Shown: positions 1-7,599 of the stretch, piece by piece | Layout: each line of letters starts with the position of its first letter | How positions within the stretch are numbered: position 1 is the first letter of the stretch | From: a virus | Lineage: Duplodnaviria; Heunggongvirae; Uroviricota; Caudoviricetes | Direction: 5' to 3' (one strand) | IMG/VR virus record: IMGVR_UViG_2563366960_000006 | DNA length: 22,262 bases | Notes under the pieces: model-generated | The model's input: only the letters and a program-made list of their open reading frames with translations | The model's database searches: none | What the model was told of the DNA's origin: nothing | Position numbers and translations under genes: made by a program

Positions 1-1143
1 CTATGCTGTTTTGATATCTACGATAATCCAGTCTTTACCACGATCATCATTGTATCGGTCGGTCATTTTTCTGGATTTATGGCCTAACAACTTTTGCGTA
101 TCCAGACCCTGTTCCCGATATAACCGTTCTGACAGAGATCGCTGCTCATGAAATGTGGGCGCAGTTCCTTGCTCCCATTTTATGCCACATTTTTCCCGGG
201 CCTTTTTAAAAGCCGTTGTCAGAGTATTCGCAGAAACCTGGTCTCCTCTGTTTGCTTGAGAGGTAGTGTGACGGTAATGGACCAGATATTTACTAACAAC
301 AGCATCCCTGCACTGAGATATAACTTCACGAAGGGTAATATTCAGAGCATCGCATTTCAGGTTAAGCGGAATAGCAAGTTTTGAACCGGTTTTTTCCTGA
401 GTAATGTGCAACATGTCGTCCCATATATCAGAGAATTTCAAATTGCAGATATCGCCTAAACGTTGTCCAGTAACAAGAGCAAGTAGCATGCCGCATTTTA
501 AATAGGGCTGCCGTCTGCTTACGCTGTCAAATATTGCCTGCCATTCGGGCAGTGACAATCTTTGGCGGTTTACTCGATTTCGCGGTTGTTTTGTTGCCTG
601 CGCTGGGTTAAATCCTGGCGGAACATGTCCTGCGTGTTGTGCTTCTTTGAAGACGTCGATCAACACCATTCTCACGACTTGCGCCATCCTGTTATGACCT
701 TCAGCCTTTACAGCATCAATTATTTCGGCAATATCAAGTGCGGTAATATCCTTGAGGTGTTGCATTCCACAATGCTCACGGAAAAGACGAATGGGTTTGC
801 CTTTTTGCCGATAGGAGTTGGGTCTTAGTTCATTATGTTGCAGCCTGTCCTCTTGGATAGAAATATATTTATCAAGCCATTCTGTCACCGTAATGTCTGA
901 GCGCCTGCCTTTCATTCTTTCCAGACGCTCATTGACGCTTAATATTTGTCTGGTACGTTGTTCAGCAATAATGGTATTTGCTTCAGTAGCAACTTGTTTT
1001 GCTTCATTCTCATCAGTTCCTAAGCTATGAAAACGACCGGATAGTGGATGTTTGTATTGCCAATATACCTTTCCGGTTCGCTTATCTAATTTGCAATATA
1101 AATTGGGTATAGAGATTTTGTGAGATCGGGGTCTAGCAGCCAT
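1..1143 (-). CDS. int: Lambda-family tyrosine integrase (380 aa)
   Basis: Full ORF in track; ATG at 1143, stop at 1-3. C-terminal region (HEQRSLSERLYREQG...LLGHKSRKMTDRYNDDRG) resembles the lambda Int catalytic region; overlaps the upstream xis-like gene by 11 nt as in int-xis modules. Sequence differs from lambda Int, so att specificity is probably different. Confidence 0.9.
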   Translation of the reverse strand: MAARPRSHKISIPNLYCKLDKRTGKVYWQYKHPLSGRFHSLGTDENEAKQVATEANTIIAEQRTRQILSVNERLERMKGRRSDITVTEWLDKYISIQEDRLQHNELRPNSYRQKGKPIRLFREHCGMQHLKDITALDIAEIIDAVKAEGHNRMAQVVRMVLIDVFKEAQHAGHVPPGFNPAQATKQPRNRVNRQRLSLPEWQAIFDSVSRRQPYLKCGMLLALVTGQRLGDICNLKFSDIWDDMLHITQEKTGSKLAIPLNLKCDALNITLREVISQCRDAVVSKYLVHYRHTTSQANRGDQVSANTLTTAFKKAREKCGIKWEQGTAPTFHEQRSLSERLYREQGLDTQKLLGHKSRKMTDRYNDDRGKDWIIVDIKTA

Positions 1144-1369
1144 CAGCGATTATCCTTTGGAGTTTTGGGTTTGCGTTTATTGGGAGTTGCGGTTCTGCAA
1201 GCGTTCCTACAAAACGGGAATTTCGGTCAATCATCCAGTAGCGACCAACTTTTATAGCGGGTGGGGCCATCATTTTCCCTTGCGCGTATTTTTTCAGAAC
1301 TCGCTCACTTGGTGCTAAGTCCCCAAATTCTTCTTTAGCCCAGTCCTGTAAAGTGATTAGTCGAGACAT
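1133..1369 (-). CDS. xis: Putative excisionase / small DNA-binding protein (78 aa)
   Basis: Position immediately upstream of and overlapping int; strong SD (GAGGAGGA) before ATG at 1369. Family assignment is from recall of E. coli prophage excisionase-like proteins. Confidence 0.6.
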   Translation of the reverse strand: MSRLITLQDWAKEEFGDLAPSERVLKKYAQGKMMAPPAIKVGRYWMIDRNSRFVGTLAEPQLPINANPKLQRIIADGC

Positions 1370-1508
1370 TTGTCCTCCTCTTAGCTGCTGAGGGAGTTTG
1401 TGACCGATATATCTGACATGATATTAAGCTCATGGCAGGTACATCTCTTGACTGGTCATAGAGATAAATTTAATGCTGAGAAATGCAGTATTGAATTTAT
1501 CAATTTTT

Positions 1509-1748
1509 CTATTTCCTGCGCATGTCACGTAACTTCTTAATGTGTTCTGCCGTTTCGATCTCTTCTGCTATCCGATCTGCATCAGCTTTATTCACAGGTT
1601 CAAAGTCATGATTAAAGCGGAACATGCTGGCGATACATGTTCTGCCTTTTCGGATGTAGTGAACTTTGTTGTGGGTAGAACGCAGGATTTTGCAGGGAGT
1701 GCCGTGGTGGTCGACGTACCAGGTGTTAGGGTCAATCACTCTGAACAT
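1509..1748 (-). CDS. Hypothetical early-left-operon protein (79 aa)
   Basis: ORF with ATG at 1748, co-oriented with the pL operon; no recognisable motif. Confidence 0.45.
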   Translation of the reverse strand: MFRVIDPNTWYVDHHGTPCKILRSTHNKVHYIRKGRTCIASMFRFNHDFEPVNKADADRIAEEIETAEHIKKLRDMRRK

Positions 1749-2058
1749 TCTTGACCTTGTGTTGTGCGGATTGATATTCAGTGCTGATATTCACCTTTAT
1801 AGCGAACACCTTTACCGGTTTATCGCCAAAGTGCGGATGTGTGATTGTCTTCACTTCATATCCGTCATACGGAACATCAATTCTGCGACTGGAATCGTCG
1901 CGCTTCGGATATCCCTTTGTGATAATCAGGCGGTCATATTCCCGGAACATAATTCGCTTATTCCAGTAGTCATTACACAAGCGATACTCTTCCGTTTTCT
2001 CTCCGCGAATCATGGCATCGAAGTATTCACTTTTAACAGCAAGTTGCAGGTTAGCCAT
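1732..2058 (-). CDS. Hypothetical protein (108 aa from ATG at 2058)
   Basis: ORF in track (first codon at 2061 is GTG; ATG at 2058 shares one base with the upstream gene's TGA stop). Co-oriented with the pL operon. Confidence 0.45.
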   Translation of the reverse strand: MANLQLAVKSEYFDAMIRGEKTEEYRLCNDYWNKRIMFREYDRLIITKGYPKRDDSSRRIDVPYDGYEVKTITHPHFGDKPVKVFAIKVNISTEYQSAQHKVKNVQSD

Positions 2059-2279
2059 CACTTAATCCCCCTTTGTTTGCGGATAAGCTCCAGATCTTGC
2101 TGGCAACTGGCGCAAGTCCGACAACCCTGAACGGCCAGGCGTCTTCGTTCATCTATCGGATCGCCACACTCACAACAATGAGTGGCAGATACAGCCAGGT
2201 AGTTCAGGCGGCGCATTTTTATTGCTGTGTTGCGCTGTAATTCTTCTATTTCTGATGCTGAATCAATGATGTCTGCCAT
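2058..2279 (-). CDS. TraR/DksA-family C4 zinc-finger protein (73 aa)
   Basis: Cys pairs CCECGDPIDERRR...CRTCASC in a ~70-aa protein, the typical phage TraR/DksA-like architecture; ATG at 2279. Confidence 0.7.
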   Translation of the reverse strand: MADIIDSASEIEELQRNTAIKMRRLNYLAVSATHCCECGDPIDERRRLAVQGCRTCASCQQDLELIRKQRGIK

Positions 2280-2334
2280 CTTTCATTAATCCCTGAACTG
2301 TTGGTTAATACGCTTGAGGGTGAATGCGAACAAT

Positions 2335-2355
2335 AAAAAAGGAGCCTGTAGCTCC
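2335..2355 (-). terminator. Candidate intrinsic terminator (tL-type) on the minus strand
   Basis: Minus strand reads GGAGC-TACAG-GCTCC followed by TTTTTTATTG (plus-strand stem at 2341-2355 preceded by A-run 2335-2340). Stem is only 5 bp. Confidence 0.3.
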
Positions 2356-2472
2356 CTGATAATTTTGCTTTTCATGTTCATCGTTCCTTAAAGACGCCGT
2401 TTAACATGCCGATTGCCAGGCTTAAATGAGTCGGTGTGAATCCCTTCAGCGTTACCGTTTCGCGGTGCTTCT

Positions 2473-2655
2473 TCAGTACGCTACGGCAAATGTCATTGAC
2501 GTTTTTGGAAACTGCTGTCTGACTTTTTTGATTTCAGAATTAGCCTGACGGGCAATGCTGCGAAGGGCGTTTTCTTGCTGAGGTGTCACTGAACAAGCCC
2601 CATGTCGGCAAGCATAAGCACACAGAATATGAAGCCCGCTGCCAGAAAAATGCAT
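2473..2655 (-). CDS. Hypothetical 60-aa protein (possibly lambda orf60a-like)
   Basis: ORF of the same length and position as the small lambda ORF distal to orf63; ATG at 2655. Composition is unremarkable; identity not confirmed. Confidence 0.3.
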   Translation of the reverse strand: MHFSGSGLHILCAYACRHGACSVTPQQENALRSIARQANSEIKKVRQQFPKTSMTFAVAY

Positions 2656-2669
2656 TCAGTGGTTGTCAT
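2586..2669 (-). CDS. Possible 27-aa single-helix membrane peptide
   Basis: ATG at 2669 overlaps the TGA stop of the upstream 63-aa gene (ATGA coupling); encodes MTTTECIFLAAGFIFCVLMLADMGLVQ. Conflicts in frame with the 60-aa ORF on the same strand, so at most one is real. Confidence 0.2.
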   Translation of the reverse strand: MTTTECIFLAAGFIFCVLMLADMGLVQ

Positions 2670-2857
2670 ACCTGGTCTCTCTCATCTGCTTCTGCTTTCG
2701 CCACCATCATTTCCAGCTTTTGTGAAAGGGATGTGGCTAACGTATGAAATTCTTCGTCTGTTTCTGCTGGTATTGGCACAAACCTGACTCCAATTTGAGC
2801 AAGGCTATGTGCCAAATCAATACTCGTTCTTAACTCAACAGGAGATGCTTTGTGCAT
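2666..2857 (-). CDS. Small lambda-like protein (orf63-like, 63 aa)
   Basis: ORF downstream of exo; overlaps the next ORF by 28 nt, matching my recollection of the lambda orf61/orf63 arrangement. Confidence 0.5.
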   Translation of the reverse strand: MHKASPVELRTSIDLAHSLAQIGVRFVPIPAETDEEFHTLATSLSQKLEMMVAKAEADERDQV

Positions 2858-3018
2858 ACCGCCCCCCGTTTATTATTTATCTCCTCAGCCAGCCGCTGGG
2901 CTTTCAGCGGATTTCGGATAACAGAAAGACCGTGAAATACCCAGCCTCGCTTTGTAACGGAGTAGACGAAAGTGATCGCGCCTACCCGGATATTATCGTG
3001 AGGATGGGTCATCGCCAT
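2830..3018 (-). CDS. Small lambda-like protein (orf61-like, 62 aa)
   Basis: ORF immediately downstream of exo; in-frame ATGs at 3018 and 3012, the latter forming an ATGA overlap with the exo stop. Confidence 0.45.
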   Translation of the reverse strand: MAMTHPHDNIRVGAITFVYSVTKRGWVFHGLSVIRNPLKAQRLAEEINNKRGAVCTKHLLLS

Positions 3019-3689
3019 TGCTCTCCAAATACAAAACCAATTTCAGCCAGTGCTTCGTCCATTTTTTCGATGAACTCCGGCACCATCTCGTCAAAACTCG
3101 CCATGTACTTTTCATCCCGCTCAACCACGACATAATGCAGGCCTTCACGCTTCATTCGTGGGTCATAGTTGGCAAAGTACCAGGCATCTTTTCGTGTCAC
3201 CCACATGCTGTACTGCACCTGGGCCATGTAAGCCGACTTTATGGCCTCGAAACCACCGAGCCGGAACTTCATGAAATCCCGGGAGGTAAACGGGCATTTC
3301 AGCTCAAGGCCATTGCCGTCACTGCATAAACCATCGGGAGAGCAGGCGGTGCGCATACTTTCGTCGCGATAGATGATCGGGGATTCAGTAACATTCACGC
3401 CGGAAGTGAATTCAAACAGGGTTCTGGCGTCGTTCTCGTACTGTTTTCCCCACGCCAGCGCCTTAGCATTAACTTCCGGAGCCACACCGGTGCAAACCTC
3501 AGCCAGCAGGGTGTGGAAGTAGGACATTTTCATGTCAGGCCACTTCTTTCCTGAGCGGGGCTTTGCTATCACGTTGTGAACTTCTGAAGCGGTGATGACG
3601 CCGAGCCGTAATTTGTGCCATGCATCATCCCCCTGTTCGACAGCTCTCACGTCGATCCCGGTACGCTGCAGGATAATGTCCGGTGTCAT
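3009..3689 (-). CDS. exo: Lambda exonuclease (Red alpha), 226 aa
   Basis: Protein [65 protein letters not shown]... matches lambda Exo essentially throughout (recall). Confidence 0.95.
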   Translation of the reverse strand: MTPDIILQRTGIDVRAVEQGDDAWHKLRLGVITASEVHNVIAKPRSGKKWPDMKMSYFHTLLAEVCTGVAPEVNAKALAWGKQYENDARTLFEFTSGVNVTESPIIYRDESMRTACSPDGLCSDGNGLELKCPFTSRDFMKFRLGGFEAIKSAYMAQVQYSMWVTRKDAWYFANYDPRMKREGLHYVVVERDEKYMASFDEMVPEFIEKMDEALAEIGFVFGEQWR

Positions 3690-4471
3690 GCTGCCACCTT
3701 CTGCTCAGTGGCTTTCTGTTTCAGGAATCCAAGAGCTTTCACTGCTTCGGCCTGTGTCAGTTCTGACGATGCGCGAATGTCGCGGCGAAATATCTGGGAA
3801 CAGAGCGGCAATAAGTCGTCATCCCATGTTTTGTCCAGGGCAATCAGCAGAGTGTTAATCTCCTGCATGGTTTCATCGTTAACCGGAGTGATGTCGCGTT
3901 CCGGCTGACGTTCTGCAGTGTATGCGGTATTTTCGACAATGCGCTCGGCTTCATCCTTGTCATAGATACCAGCAAATCCGAAGGCCAGACGGGCACACTG
4001 AATCATGGCTTTATGCCGTAACATCCGTTTGGGATGCGACTGCCACGGCCCCGTGATTTCTCTGCCTTCGCGGGTTTTGAATGGTTCGCGGCGGCATTCA
4101 TCCATCCACTCGGTAACGCAGATCGGATGATTGCGGTCTTTGCGGTAAATCCGGCATGTACATGATTCATTGTCCTGCTCAAAGTCCATACCATCAAACT
4201 GCTGGTTTTCATTGATGATGCGGGACCAGCCATCAACGCCCACCACCGGAACAATGCCGTTCTGCTTATCAGGGAAGGCGTAAATTTCTTTCGTCCACGG
4301 ATTAAGGCCGTACTGGTTGGCGACGATCAACAATGCGATGAACTGCGCATCGCTGGCATCACCTTTAAATGCCGTCTGGCGAAGAGTGGTGATCAGTTCC
4401 TGTGGGTCGACAGAATCCATGCCGACACGTTCAGCCAGCTTCCCTGCCAGCGTTGCGAGTGCTGTACTCAT
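3686..4471 (-). CDS. bet: Lambda Bet (Red beta) single-strand annealing protein, 261 aa
   Basis: Protein [128 protein letters not shown]... matches lambda Bet; ATGA overlap with exo. Confidence 0.95.
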   Translation of the reverse strand: MSTALATLAGKLAERVGMDSVDPQELITTLRQTAFKGDASDAQFIALLIVANQYGLNPWTKEIYAFPDKQNGIVPVVGVDGWSRIINENQQFDGMDFEQDNESCTCRIYRKDRNHPICVTEWMDECRREPFKTREGREITGPWQSHPKRMLRHKAMIQCARLAFGFAGIYDKDEAERIVENTAYTAERQPERDITPVNDETMQEINTLLIALDKTWDDDLLPLCSQIFRRDIRASSELTQAEAVKALGFLKQKATEQKVAA

Positions 4472-4476
4472 CCGTT

Positions 4477-4773
4477 TTATACCTCTGAATCAATATCAGC
4501 CTGATGGTGAGCAATGGTTTCAACTATGTACCGGATGTGTTCTGCCATGCGCTCCTGAAACTCAACATCGTCATCAAACGCACGGGTAATGGCTTTTTTG
4601 CTGGCCCCGTGGCGTTGTAAATGATCGATGCATAGCGATTCAAACAGGTGCTGGGGCAGGCCTTTTTCCATGTCGTCTGCCAGTTCTGCCTCTTTCTCTT
4701 CACGGGCGATCTGCTGGTAGTGACGCGCCCAGCTCTGAGCCTCAAGACGATCCTGAATGTAATAAGCGTTCAT
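4477..4773 (-). CDS. gam: Lambda Gam (RecBCD inhibitor), 98-aa GamS form
   Basis: Protein [60 protein letters not shown]... matches lambda Gam. Confidence 0.93.
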   Translation of the reverse strand: MNAYYIQDRLEAQSWARHYQQIAREEKEAELADDMEKGLPQHLFESLCIDHLQRHGASKKAITRAFDDDVEFQERMAEHIRYIVETIAHHQADIDSEV

Positions 4774-4848
4774 GGCTGAACTCCTGAAAATGGCTGTGAA
4801 AATATCGCCCGCGAAATGCCAGGCTGATTAGGAAAACAGGAAAGGGGG

Positions 4849-4992
4849 TTAGTGAATGCTTTTGCTTGATCTCAGTTTCAGTATTAATATCCATTTTTTA
4901 TAAGCGTCGACGGCCTCACGAAACATCTTTTCATCGCCAATAAAAGTGGCGATAGTGAATTTAGTCTGGATAGCCATAATTGTTTGATCCAT
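4849..4992 (-). CDS. kil: Kil (host killing / FtsZ inhibitor), 47 aa
   Basis: [47 protein letters not shown] from ATG at 4992 with AGGAG SD; matches lambda Kil apart from one residue (recall). The track shows a longer in-frame ORF from 5118 that I consider an upstream extension. Confidence 0.8.
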   Translation of the reverse strand: MDQTIMAIQTKFTIATFIGDEKMFREAVDAYKKWILILKLRSSKSIH

Positions 4993-5125
4993 TTTTTGGG
5001 ACTCCTGGCTGATTAAGTATGTCGATAAGGCGTTTCCATCCGTCACGTAATTTACGGGTGATTCGTTCAAGTAAAGATTCGGAAGGGCAGCCAGCAACAG
5101 GCCACCCTGCAATGGCATATTGCAT
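4961..5125 (-). CDS. cIII: CIII (FtsH inhibitor stabilising CII), 54 aa
   Basis: Not in the ORF track (under 60 aa). Hand translation from ATG at 5125 (SD AAGGAG) gives [54 protein letters not shown], stop at 4961-4963; overlaps kil by 32 nt as in lambda. Confidence 0.85.
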   Translation of the reverse strand: MQYAIAGWPVAGCPSESLLERITRKLRDGWKRLIDILNQPGVPKNGSNNYGYPD

Positions 5126-5197
5126 GGTGTGCTCCTTATTTATACATAACGAAAAACGCCTCGAGTGAAGCGTAATTGGTATGCGGTAACGCCGCGC

Positions 5198-5566
5198 TCA
5201 GGCGGCCTTGATAGTCATATCATCTGAATCAAATATTCCTGATGTATCGATATCGGTAATTCTTATTCCTTCACTACCATCCATTGGAGGCCATCCTTCC
5301 TGACCATTTCCATCATTCCAGTCGAACTCACACACAACACCATATGCATTTAAGTCGCTTGAAATTGCTATAAGCAGAGCATGTTGCGCCAGCATGATTA
5401 ATACAGCATTTAATACAGAGCCGTGTTTATTGAGTCGGTATTCAGAGTCTGACCAGAAATTATTAATCTGGTGAAGTTTTTCCTCTGTCATTACGTCATG
5501 GTCAATTTCAATTTCTATTGATGCTTTCCAGTCGTAATCAATGATGTATTTTTTGATGTTTGACAT
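5198..5566 (-). CDS. ea10: Ea10-like early protein (122 aa)
   Basis: MSNIKKYIIDYDWKASIEIEIDHDVMTEEKLHQINNFWSDSEYRL... matches my recollection of lambda Ea10; located just distal to cIII as in lambda. Confidence 0.75.
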   Translation of the reverse strand: MSNIKKYIIDYDWKASIEIEIDHDVMTEEKLHQINNFWSDSEYRLNKHGSVLNAVLIMLAQHALLIAISSDLNAYGVVCEFDWNDGNGQEGWPPMDGSEGIRITDIDTSGIFDSDDMTIKAA

Positions 5567-5584
5567 CTATTCATATCCTCATAG

Positions 5585-5612
5585 ATAAAAAATCGCCCTC
5601 ACACTGGAGGGC
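5585..5612 (-). terminator. Intrinsic terminator on the minus strand, between the 156-aa gene and ea10
   Basis: Minus strand: GCCCTC-CAGTGT-GAGGGC (plus 5595-5612) followed by GATTTTTTAT (plus 5585-5594). Confidence 0.45.
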
Positions 5613-5716
5613 AAAGAAGATTTCCAATAATCAGAACAAGTCGGCTCCTGTTTAGTTACGAGCGACATTGCTCCGTGTATTCACTCGTTGGAATGAATAC
5701 ACAGTGCTTATTCGTA

Positions 5717-6187
5717 CTAATAAAACACCCAGTTTTCTGTTTCTTGGTTGTGTCCAAAGTTATATTCAATATCTGGTGTTGATGTATCAATATTCTTCAT
5801 CCCATCAACAAGAGTTGATACAACAGCCAAATCTTGTTTGATTCTCATTAAATGGTATTTCTTCCGGCGCAATAAACTTTCAATGGCAAGTTTCTTCGTT
5901 GGGAATGCAAAAGATCTTTCTGCATTTTTTGCTACTTTCTTAATTGCATATCTATTTCTCTTTTGTTTCCATTCCTGTAACCACTGATTTGGTGCTGGTT
6001 TAAAATTAACAATCCAATGCGCAGGAACCAACCATGCATAATGCTCTGTCTGATGAAAAGCTATATATTGAAGTGCGAATATTTTGATTCCATCTTCTTC
6101 AACTGTCGCCTGGAATCTCCAGAAAACAGGCATTCCATCATGTTCAGTTTCTGATTCAGGAAAAGGTACGCTCCATGATTTTGTCAT
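5717..6187 (-). CDS. Hypothetical protein (156 aa), moron-like cargo at the ral/sieB position
   Basis: ORF with ATG at 6187 and SD GAGGTGA; Trp-rich N-terminal half and a strongly basic central segment (KQKRNRYAIKKVAKNAERSF...LLRRKKYHLMRIKQ). No motif I recognise. Flanked by terminator-like hairpins on both sides. Confidence 0.6.
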   Translation of the reverse strand: MTKSWSVPFPESETEHDGMPVFWRFQATVEEDGIKIFALQYIAFHQTEHYAWLVPAHWIVNFKPAPNQWLQEWKQKRNRYAIKKVAKNAERSFAFPTKKLAIESLLRRKKYHLMRIKQDLAVVSTLVDGMKNIDTSTPDIEYNFGHNQETENWVFY

Positions 6188-6232
6188 ATCTCACCTCAAA
6201 TAATTCAGTACAGTGTTTATTCTGTTGTTTGT

Positions 6233-6261
6233 GCCAAAAATAAAGGCCGATTATGCGGCCT
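6233..6261 (-). terminator. Intrinsic terminator on the minus strand after the 207-aa gene
   Basis: Plus 6244-6261 AGGCCG-ATTATG-CGGCCT; on the minus strand the hairpin is followed by TTTATTTTTGG. The gene's stop codon (6251-6253) lies in the loop. Confidence 0.4.
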
Positions 6262-6874
6262 CGGAAGGAAGTCCAATCATCTTATTCAAATCTTCTACCC
6301 GTAAAGCAGGAAGTGCTGCACTTGCTTTATCTGCTTCTTTTGGTAGCAACTCTTTGCTTTCAGGCCAAACTTCAATAAGTCGCTTAACTGTTGTGACTGA
6401 GTTCAAAGCAGCCCATACATTTGATTCGATATCCTTTTTCTTGGCTTCAAGTTTTTGTTGCAATGCGCAGATTTCATCAAACCTTTTTGTTATTTCGTGT
6501 TCTGCGCTAAACATGCATTTATATTGGGTCGGAGTAGGGAGCAATATATCTTCGCCGTTGCCGTCTTTCCCATATGAAAGCCATCCAACCCTTCTGCCAG
6601 ATACAGTCAGATAAATTGATGCAGAACGAACATCGCATGAGCAAAATGAACATCCCAGTTTTTCAAGTTCTTCACTTATAGCTACTAACTTGGATGATAA
6701 CTGATCCACTTCCTCAGTTTTCTTTTTACCGCCAAACGCAATAACTCTGGCGTTAAGTGCAAGCTGGTTCTTTAACTTTGTTACTTCTTTAAGTTCAGTG
6801 AAAACCCCAGACTTAATTAAAGCGTTACGAGCGATTTCCTCTTTCATTCTCGTAGTTAAGCGGATTGATGACAT
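6251..6874 (-). CDS. Hypothetical protein (207 aa from ATG at 6874), first gene after N
   Basis: Track ORF extends to 6934, but ATG at 6874 has a good SD (GAGAGGAA) and avoids overlap with N. Predicted coiled-coil segments and a Cys cluster (GCSFCSCD). Sits where lambda carries sieB/ral. Confidence 0.6.
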   Translation of the reverse strand: MSSIRLTTRMKEEIARNALIKSGVFTELKEVTKLKNQLALNARVIAFGGKKKTEEVDQLSSKLVAISEELEKLGCSFCSCDVRSASIYLTVSGRRVGWLSYGKDGNGEDILLPTPTQYKCMFSAEHEITKRFDEICALQQKLEAKKKDIESNVWAALNSVTTVKRLIEVWPESKELLPKEADKASAALPALRVEDLNKMIGLPSEAA

Positions 6875-6885
6875 ATTAATTCCTC

Positions 6886-7185
6886 TCAAATAAGTTGTTT
6901 GCTGCCTAATTTTATTTTCTGGCGACCAACACAAGTCACACCCATTTCACTCCGTGGTTTCCGGTAGTAAATACGGTTCTGTTTACGCTCGACTTCTTCT
7001 GCCTTCTTGCAGCGAAGGCTTCCGAGTGATGCTGCTTTATCTGCTCTGACGCAACCAGAGAGCTTTAGCGCAATTTTTCGCGCCAGTCGCTGCTCTTGCA
7101 TTGCCTGTTCACGTTGAGCCTGTCTGCGTGCTCTGCGGCGATTTCTGGCGTTATCGTCAGCCAGATATGTAATGACTACTGTCAT
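6886..7185 (-). CDS. N: N-like transcription antitermination protein (99 aa from ATG at 7185)
   Basis: First gene downstream of pL/nutL; arginine-rich N-terminus (NARNRRRARRQAQREQ); C-terminus ...RIYYRKPRSEMGVTCVGRQKIKLGSKQLI resembles the lambda N C-terminus (...TWYSKPGERGITCSGRQKIKGKSIPLI). N-terminal ARM differs from lambda N. Confidence 0.8.
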   Translation of the reverse strand: MTVVITYLADDNARNRRRARRQAQREQAMQEQRLARKIALKLSGCVRADKAASLGSLRCKKAEEVERKQNRIYYRKPRSEMGVTCVGRQKIKLGSKQLI

Positions 7186-7291
7186 GTTGACCTCCGATGA
7201 TTGACTTTGGCGGTGACGCGCCGGGTGCTTATCTTCCGGTTGCCGTCGTGCAGCTGCACTTCGCGTCACCCCAAAGACAACTACTCTTTGG

Positions 7292-7333
7292 TTCCCGCAT
7301 TTCGGCGGGACAATCCCATCAATGTTAAAGAGC
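7292..7333 (-). promoter_or_regulatory. nutL (boxA + boxB) on the minus strand
   Basis: Minus strand carries boxA GCTCTTTAACA (plus 7323-7333) and boxB hairpin TCCCGC-CGAAAT-GCGGGA (plus 7292-7310); the same boxA/boxB pair recurs downstream of cro. Confidence 0.65.
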
Positions 7334-7379
7334 CTGCCAATCTGTTCCGTTTGGCTTCCAGCGTTCTGCTGATGTGTTT

Positions 7380-7442
7380 AGTATCACCGCTAGTGGTATG
7401 TGTGTCAACACCGCCAGAGATAATTTATCACCGCAGATGGTT
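7380..7442 (-). promoter_or_regulatory. pL promoter with operators OL1-OL2-OL3
   Basis: 17-mers TATCACCGCTAGTGGTA (7382-7398, OL1), CAACACCGCCAGAGATA (7406-7422, OL2), TATCACCGCAGATGGTT (7426-7442, OL3); minus-strand -35 TTGACA (7403-7408) and -10 GATACT (7380-7385) with 17-nt spacing. OL2 and OL3 match lambda; OL1 differs by one base. Confidence 0.85.
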
Positions 7443-7599
7443 ATCTGTATGTTTTTTATATGGATTTATTTTTTTGCAGGGGTGCATTGTTTGGTAGGTG
7501 AGGGATCAGAATTGCACTGTTTAGCAAGTTGTATCTATCAATTTTTCAATAAATACAATTGGTTATGTTGTTATTAGGTGTGGGGATCGAGAGGCAAAG

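Noticed and set aside
148-1030. Plus-strand ORFs (148-384, 562-828, 818-1030) inside the integrase gene
   Set aside because: Antisense to a well-supported integrase ORF, with no SD or recognisable features; typical shadow ORFs.
1542-2130. Plus-strand ORFs (1542-1754, 1666-2130, 1781-1969) opposite the early-left accessory genes
   Set aside because: They overlap better-supported minus-strand genes that are co-oriented with the pL operon; no independent support.
2286-2381. Tiny 31-aa minus-strand ORF (MNMKSKIIRELQAPFLLFAFTLKRINQQFRD)
   Set aside because: It contains the candidate terminator hairpin and T-run within its coding sequence and has no SD; probably not a gene.
4774-4894. Possible long-form Gam (GamL) N-terminal extension upstream of the gam start
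   Set aside because: An ATG near 4894 encoding [15 protein letters not shown]... is present but is not in frame with the 98-aa Gam ORF in this sequence. The short GamS form is the functional one, and my recollection of the lambda reference at single-base resolution is not reliable enough to claim a frameshift.
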